From: a plasmid
Sequence record: NZ_KX832927.1
Strand: one strand, 5' to 3'
Length of the DNA: 64,000 bases
Below the pieces are notes generated by a model, which was given only the letters and a program-made list of their open reading frames with translations, made no database searches and was not told the origin of the DNA. A program made the position numbers and the translations under genes. Of this stretch, positions 47,555 through 56,810 are shown one piece after another. The stretch's first letter is position 1, and every line of letters starts with the position of its first letter.

Positions 47555-48508
47555 TTAGTATATAAGATTCCTTGCAGCAGCTTCTAAGCGTGTTACACCT
47601 CGTTTGTCATACCGCTGTGTGGTTGCTACGCTACTGTGCCCCATAGCCTCCCTGACAGTAAGTAGGTCCTCACCGAGTTCTAACAGCTTAGTAGCATAGG
47701 TTCGTCGGCAGTCATGGGGGGTAAATGAATCAGAGGCTGAATCTTTCACCAGTTTATCAATAATATACCGTAAACCATCGGTTGTTATTCTATCGCAAGT
47801 CACATCATCATTTTTACGTATGCGGGTAAAAACTGCACCGGTATGATCCCCTCTTACAGTTTCTATCCATAAACGAATACGACGGAGCGTGTCACTTGGC
47901 ATGAAGTTAGTTCTTTCTTTGTTTCCTTTACCCATGATTTTAATGGAGTAATTATCAAAATTGATATCTTCCATATCCAATAAAGTGACTTCAGCACGGC
48001 GCAAACCACAGCCAAGCATTAATGATACAATCGCCGCATCACGTACCGAGACTGCGGTATTTAGGCTATCAAGGTGTTGATAAATAGCAGTTATTTCACT
48101 ACTACTCAGTGAACGCCCTCGACCGATACGGTTCCCACGAATCCGGCGTATGCTTCTAATATCTTGATATGTATCACTGTCTATAATTCGTGATGCTCTG
48201 GCTTCTTCAGCCACCCCTTTAATAGCACTCAGAATTAGGTTTATACTATTAGGTGTCTTTTTCTCCAGTATTAATTTCTGAAGTACCAATTGAACGGCAT
48301 CTCGATCTATGATTGACCAATCGAAAGTAAACGGGTCCATAGCACGAAACAATTTAACCACTGACACTAGGCAGGAGCGCATTGTCTTTTGGCTTTGTTT
48401 GGAACGCAGCCGTAGCAAGTAGCTGGTTGCTGGATTGTTGGTGTTTTTCGTCATGTTATTTACATCAACAATTTCTGTTACGTTGTCACGTAAAATTAAC
48501 TCTCCCAT
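47555..48508 (-). CDS. Tyrosine recombinase (phage-integrase/Xer family; start moved to the ATG with SD 'AAGGAGG', 317 aa)
   Basis: 'LRRAEV', 'HDCRRTYAT', 'GHSSVATTQRY' (RHRY catalytic signature). Confidence 0.8.
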   Translation of the reverse strand: MGELILRDNVTEIVDVNNMTKNTNNPATSYLLRLRSKQSQKTMRSCLVSVVKLFRAMDPFTFDWSIIDRDAVQLVLQKLILEKKTPNSINLILSAIKGVAEEARASRIIDSDTYQDIRSIRRIRGNRIGRGRSLSSSEITAIYQHLDSLNTAVSVRDAAIVSLMLGCGLRRAEVTLLDMEDINFDNYSIKIMGKGNKERTNFMPSDTLRRIRLWIETVRGDHTGAVFTRIRKNDDVTCDRITTDGLRYIIDKLVKDSASDSFTPHDCRRTYATKLLELGEDLLTVREAMGHSSVATTQRYDKRGVTRLEAAARNLIY

Positions 48509-48814
48509 CGGTGCCTCCTTGGTGCTGAAAATCGGTGTGAAAATTGTGGTGAATTCTGGTGCATCAAATAGCATCACTAACCATAAATCATAAAATAAAA
48601 AAAGTTACTACATTAAACGTATATTTAACCGAGTAAAGGGTAGCACAGGTATTTATCATCGAATAGCTAAAATACAGGTATTTGTACGCATTAAAAGGCT
48701 TGCAATCTTTAAACTGTTGTATAATGGAATTACGTAGTAAGTTCTTAAAAATAATAATGATTTTTACATTACTAATTACCTAAATGTTTCGGAGAGGGAT
48801 AATGTCAGCGATAA

Positions 48815-49081
48815 ATGACTTGGGCTTTGGTTTGGTTTGGTTTGGTTATTACATTTTGGATCTGTCTAGCATTTGTCATGTTATTAGTTTACATATTCAA
48901 ATCCGATTTGAATAAGAAAGCCGTGAAAGATGGAAAGCGATATAGCCAATTAAAGATTTACCGAACCATCGAGCGAGATTACAAAATTCTCTACGTGCTA
49001 GGTGATGAAAGTTACAGTATTGAAGTAGATAAGGATTATTACGATGCGGCTATTGATAAATATAATCAGTCTATTAAGTAA
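48815..49081 (+). CDS. Small membrane protein (88 aa) whose 5' end contains a (TTTGG)4 repeat. A better-placed ATG at 48802 is out of frame with it.
   Basis: N-terminal hydrophobic helix. SD 'GGAGAGGG' serves the ATG at 48802 (37-aa frame); see findings. Confidence 0.4.
   Translation: MTWALVWFGLVITFWICLAFVMLLVYIFKSDLNKKAVKDGKRYSQLKIYRTIERDYKILYVLGDESYSIEVDKDYYDAAIDKYNQSIK
48826..48845. repeat. Pentanucleotide microsatellite (TTTGG)x4
   Basis: Direct reading of 'ctttggtttggtttggtttggtt'. Confidence 0.9.
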
Positions 49082-49120
49082 TATTTTTTGTAAATTTCTT
49101 TATTAATCAATGAGGTTGAT

Positions 49121-49375
49121 ATGAATTTAAAAAAACTAGAAATGGTGGTCAGTCTTGCATTTTCGGTAATGATTTTTGTTTTATTTGGTATGTTTCTATT
49201 TGAAGGTTCAATTCGATTAAATGGATTTTTCTTTGTTGTATTATATATTCTTGCTGGTGCAAATATATTTTTGATTACCTATAATCGTAATGGACCAGTC
49301 AGTAAAATTATTGCTTATTCAATTGCTATAATTCTTTTGCTAATACTTATTTTTGCCTTGATATTTGTTCTTTAA
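49121..49375 (+). CDS. Small hydrophobic membrane protein (84 aa)
   Basis: Three hydrophobic helices. SD-like 'gaggttg' upstream. Confidence 0.4.
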   Translation: MNLKKLEMVVSLAFSVMIFVLFGMFLFEGSIRLNGFFFVVLYILAGANIFLITYNRNGPVSKIIAYSIAIILLLILIFALIFVL

Positions 49376-49430
49376 ATTTCAACAAATTTATCATAGTAAA
49401 GTATTAGTGTTTTTTCTCCTGTTTGTAGTA

Positions 49431-49468
49431 GGGGTCTGAGGTCCAACCATGCGAAAAACCACGTTAAG
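49431..49468. repeat. 38-bp terminal inverted repeat of a Tn3-subgroup transposon, interior to the right
   Basis: 'GGGGTCTGAGGTCCAACCATGCGAAAAACCACGTTAAG' compared with the Tn3 IR 'GGGGTCTGACGCTCAGTGGAACGAAAACTCACGTTAAG'. Confidence 0.6.
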
Positions 49469-49694
49469 AAAGCAACCTTCTGAAAAGGCGACGTTTATCA
49501 GTTTTTTTTCCGGCCATAAAGGGGGCGGAAATTATTCCCTGCACGGGTATTCGCAAGGATTTCGGTAGTGCTCTGGCTCTGCCCCCCATAACCTGGCGGA
49601 CAGAGCATGATTGGGAAAGCGGTACCCTCACGGCAGAAACGATTGACGCAGGCTATATTTCTATTATTCTGGAAATATAGATAAAGGAGGTATT

Positions 49695-49875
49695 ATGGAT
49701 TTAAACACTGCTGCAAACGCACTTCGAGAACTGGGCCACCCGACACGTCTCAGCATATACCGGGAGCTGGTCAGGGCGGGTCATGAAGGCCTGCCGGTTG
49801 GCGAACTGCAGAAGCACCTTGAGATTCCTGCCTCCACGCTCAGCCATCATCTTTCAGCGCTGATATCCGCTGGAC
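49695..49875 (+). pseudogene. ArsR/SmtB-family transcriptional regulator, 3' end removed by IS26
   Basis: wHTH 'LSIYRELVRAGHEGLPVGELQKHLEIPASTLSHHLSAL'. The ORF runs into the IS26 IR. Confidence 0.6.
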
Positions 49876-50695
49876 GGCACTGTTGCAAATAGTCGGTGGT
49901 GATAAACTTATCATCCCCTTTTGCTGATGGAGCTGCACATGAACCCATTCAAAGGCCGGCATTTTCAGCGTGACATCATTCTGTGGGCCGTACGCTGGTA
50001 CTGCAAATACGGCATCAGTTACCGTGAGCTGCAGGAGATGCTGGCTGAACGCGGAGTGAATGTCGATCACTCCACGATTTACCGCTGGGTTCAGCGTTAT
50101 GCGCCTGAAATGGAAAAACGGCTGCGCTGGTACTGGCGTAACCCTTCCGATCTTTGCCCGTGGCACATGGATGAAACCTACGTGAAGGTCAATGGCCGCT
50201 GGGCGTATCTGTACCGGGCCGTCGACAGCCGGGGCCGCACTGTCGATTTTTATCTCTCCTCCCGTCGTAACAGCAAAGCTGCATACCGGTTTCTGGGTAA
50301 AATCCTCAACAACGTGAAGAAGTGGCAGATCCCGCGATTCATCAACACGGATAAAGCGCCCGCCTATGGTCGCGCGCTTGCTCTGCTCAAACGCGAAGGC
50401 CGGTGCCCGTCTGACGTTGAACACCGACAGATTAAGTACCGGAACAACGTGATTGAATGCGATCATGGCAAACTGAAACGGATAATCGGCGCCACGCTGG
50501 GATTTAAATCCATGAAGACGGCTTACGCCACCATCAAAGGTATTGAGGTGATGCGTGCACTACGCAAAGGCCAGGCCTCAGCATTTTATTATGGTGATCC
50601 CCTGGGCGAAATGCGCCTGGTAAGCAGAGTTTTTGAAATGTAAGGCCTTTGAATAAGACAAAAGGCTGCCTCATCGCTAACTTTGCAACAGTGCC
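49876..50695 (+). mobile_element. IS26 (820 bp, IS6 family)
   Basis: 14-bp IRs 'GGCACTGTTGCAAA' at 49876-49889 and its complement at 50682-50695. Tnp26 protein is identical in the stretch read. Confidence 0.95.
49939..50643 (+). CDS. tnpA: IS26 transposase Tnp26 (234 aa)
   Basis: 'MNPFKGRHFQRDIILWAVRWYCKYGISYRELQEMLAERG...' canonical Tnp26. Confidence 0.95.
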   Translation: MNPFKGRHFQRDIILWAVRWYCKYGISYRELQEMLAERGVNVDHSTIYRWVQRYAPEMEKRLRWYWRNPSDLCPWHMDETYVKVNGRWAYLYRAVDSRGRTVDFYLSSRRNSKAAYRFLGKILNNVKKWQIPRFINTDKAPAYGRALALLKREGRCPSDVEHRQIKYRNNVIECDHGKLKRIIGATLGFKSMKTAYATIKGIEVMRALRKGQASAFYYGDPLGEMRLVSRVFEM

Positions 50696-51131
50696 CGCCG
50701 ATGCGCTCAAGCCGTGGATTGCGCGGCGTGAACGCTGGCCGTCCTTTCTGATCCGGCGCGATCCGCGCGACATCAGCCGTATCTGGGTCCTGGAACCGGA
50801 GGGACAGCATTACCTGGAAATTCCCTACCGTACCTTGTCGCATCCGGCTGTCACCCTCTGGGAACAACGGCAGGCGCTGGCGAAACTGCGGCAGCAAGGG
50901 CGCGAACAGGTGGATGAGTCGGCGCTGTTCCGCATGATCGGCCAGATGCGTGAGATTGTGACCAGCGCGCAGAAGGCCACACGCAAGGCGCGGCGTGACG
51001 CGGATCGCCGCCAGCACCTCAAGACATCAGCTCGGCCGGACAAGCCCGTTCCGCCGGATACGGATATTGCCGACCCGCAGGCAGACAACTTGCCACCCGC
51101 CAAACCGTTCGACCAGATTGAGGAGTGGTAG
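50696..51131 (+). pseudogene. tniA: tniA (Tn402/Tn5053-family transposase), 3' fragment only. The 5' part and IRt were removed by IS26.
   Basis: The reading frame runs from inside IS26. C-terminal sequence is followed by an overlapping tniB, as in Tn21/In2. Confidence 0.8.
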
Positions 51132-51994
51132 CCGTGGACGAATATCCCATCATCGACCTGTCCCACCTGCTGCCGGCGGCCCAGGGCTTGGCCCGTCTTC
51201 CGGCGGACGAGCGCATCCAGCGCCTTCGCGCCGACCGCTGGATCGGCTATCCGCGCGCAGTCGAGGCGCTGAACCGGCTGGAAGCCCTTTATGCGTGGCC
51301 AAACAAGCAACGCATGCCCAACCTGCTGCTGGTTGGCCCGACCAACAATGGCAAGTCGATGATCGTCGAGAAGTTCCGCCGCACCCACCCGGCCAGCTCC
51401 GACGCCGACCAGGAGCACATCCCGGTGTTGGTCGTGCAGATGCCGTCCGAGCCGTCCGTGATCCGCTTCTACGTCGCGCTGCTCGCCGCGATGGGCGCGC
51501 CGCTGCGCCCACGCCCACGGTTGCCGGAAATGGAGCAACTGGCTCTGGCACTGCTGCGCAAGGTCGGCGTGCGCATGCTGGTGATCGACGAGCTGCACAA
51601 CGTGCTGGCCGGCAACAGCGTCAACCGCCGGGAATTCCTCAACCTGCTGCGCTTCCTCGGCAACGAACTGCGCATCCCGTTGGTTGGGGTAGGCACGCGC
51701 GACGCCTACCTAGCCATCCGCTCCGATGACCAGTTGGAAAATCGCTTCGAGCCGATGATGCTGCCGGTATGGGAGGCCAACGACGATTGCTGCTCACTGC
51801 TGGCCAGCTTCGCCGCTTCGCTCCCGCTGCGCCGGCCTTCCCCAATTGCCACGCTGGACATGGCTCGCTACCTGCTCACACGCAGCGAGGGCACCATAGG
51901 GGAACTGGCGCACTTGCTGATGGCGGCGGCCATCGTCGCCGTGGAGAGCGGCGAGGAAGCGATCAACCATCGCACACTCAGCATGGCCTGTTGA
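51125..51994 (+). CDS. tniB: TniB-delta (ATP-binding transposition protein), 3' end truncated by IS1326 (tniBΔ1-like). Likely GTG start at 51134.
   Basis: Walker A 'GPTNNGKS', 'VIDELHNV'. Followed directly by the IS1326 end. Confidence 0.85.
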   Translation: MVAVDEYPIIDLSHLLPAAQGLARLPADERIQRLRADRWIGYPRAVEALNRLEALYAWPNKQRMPNLLLVGPTNNGKSMIVEKFRRTHPASSDADQEHIPVLVVQMPSEPSVIRFYVALLAAMGAPLRPRPRLPEMEQLALALLRKVGVRMLVIDELHNVLAGNSVNRREFLNLLRFLGNELRIPLVGVGTRDAYLAIRSDDQLENRFEPMMLPVWEANDDCCSLLASFAASLPLRRPSPIATLDMARYLLTRSEGTIGELAHLLMAAAIVAVESGEEAINHRTLSMAC

Positions 51995-52016
51995 GTTGCA
52001 TCTAAAATTGACCCAC

Positions 52017-53630
52017 TGGGGGTGCGGACGATTTCTTGGACGGTTTATACGGACATCAATCCGACCGCATGACGATACTCGATGGGACTACGCCCGCCAA
52101 GCGACACTTTGATGCGGCGCTCGTTGTACCAGTGGATATAGGCATCGATTCGCGTCATGAGGTCTTTCAGCGTCACGTGCTGCCAATTCCTCGGGTAGAT
52201 TAGTTCGGTCTTCAATCGTCCGAAAAAGCCCTCGCATGCAGCATTGTCTGGCGAGCAGCCCTTTTTGGACATCGACCGCGTTAATTGGGCATTTTCAGTG
52301 CGGCGGATCCACGCAGGCCAGCGATAATGCGAGCCCCTGTCCGAATGGATAACCGGATGCTCACCGGGTCGCAGTGTCCGTACCGCGTGATCCAGCATGG
52401 TATTGACCAGGTTCGCATCCGGGCTGGTGCCGATATTCCAGGCCACCACCAGCCCATCGAAGCAATCGACGATCGGCGAGACGTAGACCTTCCCTGCCGG
52501 AATGTGTATTTCCGTCAGATCGGTCAACCATTTCGTATTCGGCGCCGACGCGTGAAAGTCGCGATTCAGCAGATTCGGGACCGCTGGTGTCGGGTCGCCA
52601 GCATACGCCGAGAAGCGCCGGCGGCGCGGTGTTCTCACGACCAGACGCTCTTGCGCCATCAAGCGACGCACGACCTTCTCGGACACACGCATGCCACCAA
52701 GGCGCAAGGCACTATCAATGCGTCGATAGCCATAGCAGCGGTAGTTGTCCTCGAAGATAGTCCGAATGACCTCACGCACCTGCGTGTACTTGTCGGGCCG
52801 CGTCTGCCGCAGGCGTTGATAGAAGTATGTGCTGCGCGCCAGCTTCAGGCCGCACAACAGATTGGCTAATGGAAACGTGACTCTGAGGGCATCAACCACC
52901 TTCGTTTTTTCTCGGCTTGTCAGTTCGAGGGGGTTGATGCCCATGTCTTTTTTTATCAATTCACTCGCCTTCTCCAGAATTGCATTCTCCATGCGAAGCC
53001 GCTGGTTCTGGCTCTCCAGTTCGGCCAGTTCCCTGAGTAGTGCCTCATGCCGCTGCTCGAGCGAGGTGTCACCTTTCTTCTTTGTCATGGGTTTTAGGGG
53101 CACTTTGCCAAGTAATCGATGCTGCCAGTTATACAACGTTGGTCGCGATACACCGACAGTGTCGGCCACATCCTTTGCCGAACCTACGCGCAGGTTCAGT
53201 GCAATGACGGCTTGCTGCTTCTCGAGGCGAGAGCGGGCGACTGTGGGAGCGCTGCTGCCGACGACCGTCCTAGCGAATTCAGGGCGTAAATCACGGATCC
53301 AGGCACGCAAGGCCTCGCGGCTTGGGTAGCCCAGGCTTCGGATTGTGTGACTCAGGCAGTAGCCTTGTTCGATATAGTGATCTACTGCCCGTTGCTTTTG
53401 CTCATCGGTGTACTGCCGTTTTATCCGTTGATAGCCTCGGCGAAGATCCTGATTCCGTTCGAATTCTGCCAACCAGGCCTTCAGCGAGTTCTTGGTGGGG
53501 TATCCCAGCTGCCGTAGTGTGGCGCTCATCCGGCGCCCAAGCTTCAGGTACAACCTCACGGCTCGAAGGCGATCTTCATACGAATACATGAACTACTCCT
53601 AAAGTAGTCCAAGATTTTGTCCGCACCCCA
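52017..53630 (-). mobile_element. IS1353-like IS3-family element (about 1614 bp) inserted in IS1326
   Basis: Terminal IRs 'TGGGGGTGCGGACGATTTCTTGGAC' and 'GTCCAAGATTTTGTCCGCACCCCA'. Located between the IS1326 left end and istA, as in In2. Confidence 0.75.
52045..53589 (-). CDS. IS3-family transposase (514 aa, single continuous ORF in this copy; HTH N-terminus plus DDE integrase core)
   Basis: N-terminal HTH 'LRAVRLYLKLGRRMSATLRQLGYP'. C-terminal rve-like region 'VHSDRGSHY...'. Confidence 0.75.
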   Translation of the reverse strand: MYSYEDRLRAVRLYLKLGRRMSATLRQLGYPTKNSLKAWLAEFERNQDLRRGYQRIKRQYTDEQKQRAVDHYIEQGYCLSHTIRSLGYPSREALRAWIRDLRPEFARTVVGSSAPTVARSRLEKQQAVIALNLRVGSAKDVADTVGVSRPTLYNWQHRLLGKVPLKPMTKKKGDTSLEQRHEALLRELAELESQNQRLRMENAILEKASELIKKDMGINPLELTSREKTKVVDALRVTFPLANLLCGLKLARSTYFYQRLRQTRPDKYTQVREVIRTIFEDNYRCYGYRRIDSALRLGGMRVSEKVVRRLMAQERLVVRTPRRRRFSAYAGDPTPAVPNLLNRDFHASAPNTKWLTDLTEIHIPAGKVYVSPIVDCFDGLVVAWNIGTSPDANLVNTMLDHAVRTLRPGEHPVIHSDRGSHYRWPAWIRRTENAQLTRSMSKKGCSPDNAACEGFFGRLKTELIYPRNWQHVTLKDLMTRIDAYIHWYNERRIKVSLGGRSPIEYRHAVGLMSV

Positions 53631-53711
53631 ACTTAGGGTAAAGATTTGCGTCGAAATTTGACCCACGTATGACACTGTTTCCCGTCTGGATATGGCGGGA
53701 GAAATCAAGGA

Positions 53712-55235
53712 GTGATAAACGTGGCGATATTGAGCGCAATTCGACGCTGGCATTTTCGCGATGGTGCGTCGATTCGGGAAATAGCCCGACGAAGCGGCCT
53801 GTCCAGGAACACCGTTCGCAAGTATTTGCAAAGCAAGGTGGTTGAACCGCAGTACCCAGCGCGAGACAGCGTTGGCAAGTTAAGTCCTTTTGAGCCCAAG
53901 TTAAGGCAGTGGCTCTCCACCGAGCACAAAAAGACAAAGAAGCTGCGCAGAAACCTGCGCAGCATGTACCGGGATTTGGTCGCTTTGGGCTTTACCGGGT
54001 CTTATGACCGAGTGTGTGCCTTTGCCCGACAGTGGAAAGATTCCGAACAGTTCAAGGCGCAAACCTCGGGCAAGGGTTGTTTCATCCCCTTGCGCTTTGC
54101 TTGTGGCGAAGCCTTCCAATTCGATTGGAGTGAGGACTTTGCCCGCATAGCGGGCAAACAGGTCAAACTTCAGATTGCCCAGTTTAAGTTGGCCCACAGC
54201 CGGGCCTTTGTGCTTCGGGCTTACTACCAGCAAAAACATGAAATGCTGTTTGATGCCCACTGGCATGCCTTTCAAATCTTCGGTGGCATTCCCAAGCGCG
54301 GCATCTACGACAACATGAAGACCGCTGTGGATTCGGTGGGGCGTGGCAAAGAGCGCAGGGTCAATCAGCGGTTCACTGCCATGGTCAGCCACTACCTGTT
54401 TGATGCGCAGTTCTGTAATCCAGCATCGGGTTGGGAGAAAGGCCAGATTGAGAAGAACGTGCAGGATTCCCGCCAACGCCTGTGGCAAGGGGCACCAGAC
54501 TTTCAAAGCCTTGCTGATTTGAATGTGTGGCTTGAGCATCGCTGCAAAGCGCTGTGGTCTGAGCTGCGCCACCCCGAATTGGACCAAACCGTGCAAGAGG
54601 CCTTTGCCGATGAACAAGGCGAGTTGATGGCGCTACCCAATGCCTTTGATGCATTCGTGGAGCAAACCAAGCGAGTCACTTCAACCTGCCTTGTTCACCA
54701 CGAGGGCAATCGCTACAGCGTTCCTGCCAGTTACGCCAACAGGGCCATCAGCCTTCGGATTTATGCAGACAAGCTGGTGATGGCTGCCGAAGGCCAACAC
54801 ATTGCCGAGCATCCAAGATTGTTTGGCAGTGGCCACGCTCGGCGTGGCCACACACAATACGACTGGCACCATTACTTGTCTGTGCTTCAGAAGAAACCTG
54901 GGGCGTTGCGCAATGGTGCGCCATTTGCTGAATTGCCACCCGCGTTCAAGAAGCTTCAATCCATCTTGCTGCAACGCCCCGGCGGTGACCGTGACATGGT
55001 GGAAATTCTGGCCCTTGTATTGCACCACGATGAAGGTGCGGTACTCAGTGCTGTGGAATTGGCATTGGAGTGTGGCAAGCCATCGAAGGAGCATGTGCTT
55101 AATCTGTTGGGACGTTTGACCGAAGAACCTCCACCCAAACCGATTCCAATTCCCAAGGGGTTAAGGCTGACATTGGAACCACAGGCCAACGTGAACCGCT
55201 ATGACAGTTTAAGGAGAGCCCATGATGCAGCATGA
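53712..55235 (+). CDS. istA: IstA transposase of IS1326 (IS21 family)
   Basis: 507 aa. HTH N-terminus, DDE core. Overlaps istB. Confidence 0.9.
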   Translation: MINVAILSAIRRWHFRDGASIREIARRSGLSRNTVRKYLQSKVVEPQYPARDSVGKLSPFEPKLRQWLSTEHKKTKKLRRNLRSMYRDLVALGFTGSYDRVCAFARQWKDSEQFKAQTSGKGCFIPLRFACGEAFQFDWSEDFARIAGKQVKLQIAQFKLAHSRAFVLRAYYQQKHEMLFDAHWHAFQIFGGIPKRGIYDNMKTAVDSVGRGKERRVNQRFTAMVSHYLFDAQFCNPASGWEKGQIEKNVQDSRQRLWQGAPDFQSLADLNVWLEHRCKALWSELRHPELDQTVQEAFADEQGELMALPNAFDAFVEQTKRVTSTCLVHHEGNRYSVPASYANRAISLRIYADKLVMAAEGQHIAEHPRLFGSGHARRGHTQYDWHHYLSVLQKKPGALRNGAPFAELPPAFKKLQSILLQRPGGDRDMVEILALVLHHDEGAVLSAVELALECGKPSKEHVLNLLGRLTEEPPPKPIPIPKGLRLTLEPQANVNRYDSLRRAHDAA

Positions 55236-56007
55236 AGGCCATGTGAGAATCCTCAAATCCTTGAAACTCTTTGGCATGGCACACGCCATTGAGGAGTTGG
55301 GCAATCAGAATTCACCAGCATTTAATCAAGCCTTGCCCATGCTGGACAGCTTGATTAAAGCTGAAGTGGCAGAGCGTGAAGTACGTTCGGTGAACTATCA
55401 ATTGCGGGTGGCCAAGTTCCCCGTGTATCGGGACTTGGTGGGCTTTGACTTCAGTCAAAGCCTGGTTAATGAGGCCACGGTCAAACAATTGCACCGGTGC
55501 GACTTCATGGAACAAGCCCAGAACGTGGTGCTGATTGGTGGGCCAGGCACAGGCAAGACTCACCTGGCCACAGCCATTGGTACACAAGCAGTGATGCACT
55601 TGAACCGACGGGTGCGTTTCTTCTCCACCGTGGATTTGGTCAATGCACTGGAGCAAGAGAAATCATCTGGGCGTCAGGGACAAATCGCAAACCGTCTGTT
55701 GTATGCCGATTTGGTGATTCTGGATGAGCTGGGATATTTGCCTTTTAGCCAAACCGGTGGGGCACTGCTGTTTCACCTGCTCTCAAAGCTGTACGAAAAA
55801 ACCAGCGTGATACTGACCACCAACTTGAGCTTCTCGGAATGGAGCCGAGTGTTTGGCGATGAAAAGATGACAACAGCGTTGTTGGACCGACTAACCCACC
55901 ACTGCCACATCCTGGAAACCGGCAATGAAAGTTACCGCTTCAAACACAGTTCAACTCAGAATAAGCAGGAGGAAAAACAGACCCGCAAACTGAAAATCGA
56001 GACATAA
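55222..56007 (+). CDS. istB: IstB ATP-binding helper of IS1326
   Basis: Walker A '[15 protein letters not shown]', 'LVILDELGY'. Confidence 0.9.
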   Translation: MMQHEGHVRILKSLKLFGMAHAIEELGNQNSPAFNQALPMLDSLIKAEVAEREVRSVNYQLRVAKFPVYRDLVGFDFSQSLVNEATVKQLHRCDFMEQAQNVVLIGGPGTGKTHLATAIGTQAVMHLNRRVRFFSTVDLVNALEQEKSSGRQGQIANRLLYADLVILDELGYLPFSQTGGALLFHLLSKLYEKTSVILTTNLSFSEWSRVFGDEKMTTALLDRLTHHCHILETGNESYRFKHSSTQNKQEEKQTRKLKIET

Positions 56008-56182
56008 TTCTGACAACAAGGGGTGGGTCAAAATTCAATGCAAATCCCGGGTCAAATTTGGGTGCAAATCAACAGATATCGACAACCTCTCGCGCAACCA
56101 AGACATCGCGGTCGGACTGCAAGTGATCTTGAAGCCACGGGCCCGTCCCACCCCGACATGGACCTCGATGCCCGAACGGACG

Positions 56183-56683
56183 TTAGATTTCGAGTTCTAG
56201 GCGTTCTGCGATGAAGGTTGGATCCCAGCCGGGATTGAAAGTGTCGACGTGGGTGAATCCGAGCCGCTCGTATAGGCCACGCAGGTTCGGGTGGCAGTCG
56301 AGCCGCAGCTTGGCGCACCCCTGCGTTCGCGCGGCATGGCGGCAAGCCTCGATCAGCGCGGAGCTGACACCCCGGCCCGCATGTGTCCGTCGCACCGCGA
56401 GCTTGTGCAGATATGCGGCCTCCCCCTTGAGGGCGTCGGGCCAGAACTCGGGATCCTCGGCCGACAAGGTGCAACAGCCGACGATGCCGTCGCTGCAACT
56501 CGCGACTAGGAGCTCGGATCTCAGGACGAAGGTCTCCGCGAATGTCCGGTCGATCCGCGCGACGTCCCAGGCGGGCGTTCCCTTGGCGGACATCCACGCC
56601 GCAGCGTCGTGCATCAGCCGCACAACCTCGTCGATATCACCCGAGCAGGCGACCCGAACGTTCGGAGGCTCCTCGCTGTCCAT
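56183..56683 (-). CDS. orf5 of the class 1 integron 3'-CS (GNAT-family acetyltransferase)
   Basis: 166-aa protein as in the 3'-conserved segment. Located downstream of sul1. Confidence 0.85.
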   Translation of the reverse strand: MDSEEPPNVRVACSGDIDEVVRLMHDAAAWMSAKGTPAWDVARIDRTFAETFVLRSELLVASCSDGIVGCCTLSAEDPEFWPDALKGEAAYLHKLAVRRTHAGRGVSSALIEACRHAARTQGCAKLRLDCHPNLRGLYERLGFTHVDTFNPGWDPTFIAERLELEI

Positions 56684-56810
56684 TCGCTCCCCTGGCGCGG
56701 TATGAACCGCCGCCTCATAGTGCAGTTTGATCCTGACGAGCCCAGCATGTCTGCGCCCACCTTCGCGGAACCTGACCAGGGTCCGCTAGCGGGCGGCCGG
56801 AAGGTGAATG

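Larger units (their letters stand above)
51992..56066 (+). mobile_element. IS1326 (IS21 family), interrupted by IS1353. Ends are approximate.
   Basis: The left end 'TGAGTTGCATCTAAAATTGACCC' and right end '...GGGTCAAATTTGGGTGCAAATCAACA' are related inverted repeats. istA and istB lie inside. Length without the insert is about 2.46 kb. Confidence 0.7.

Noticed and set aside
49840-50466. 208-aa minus-strand ORF inside IS26
   Set aside because: Antisense to the well-established Tnp26 gene. A known spurious ORF.
51125-51994. Whether tniB is full length
   Set aside because: The protein stops exactly where the IS1326 terminal repeat begins and is shorter than intact TniB. It is treated as the truncated tniBΔ rather than an intact gene.
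56023-56730. Several + strand ORFs overlapping orf5 and the IS1326 end
   Set aside because: Antisense to orf5, or within the IS terminal repeats. No SD and no conserved features.
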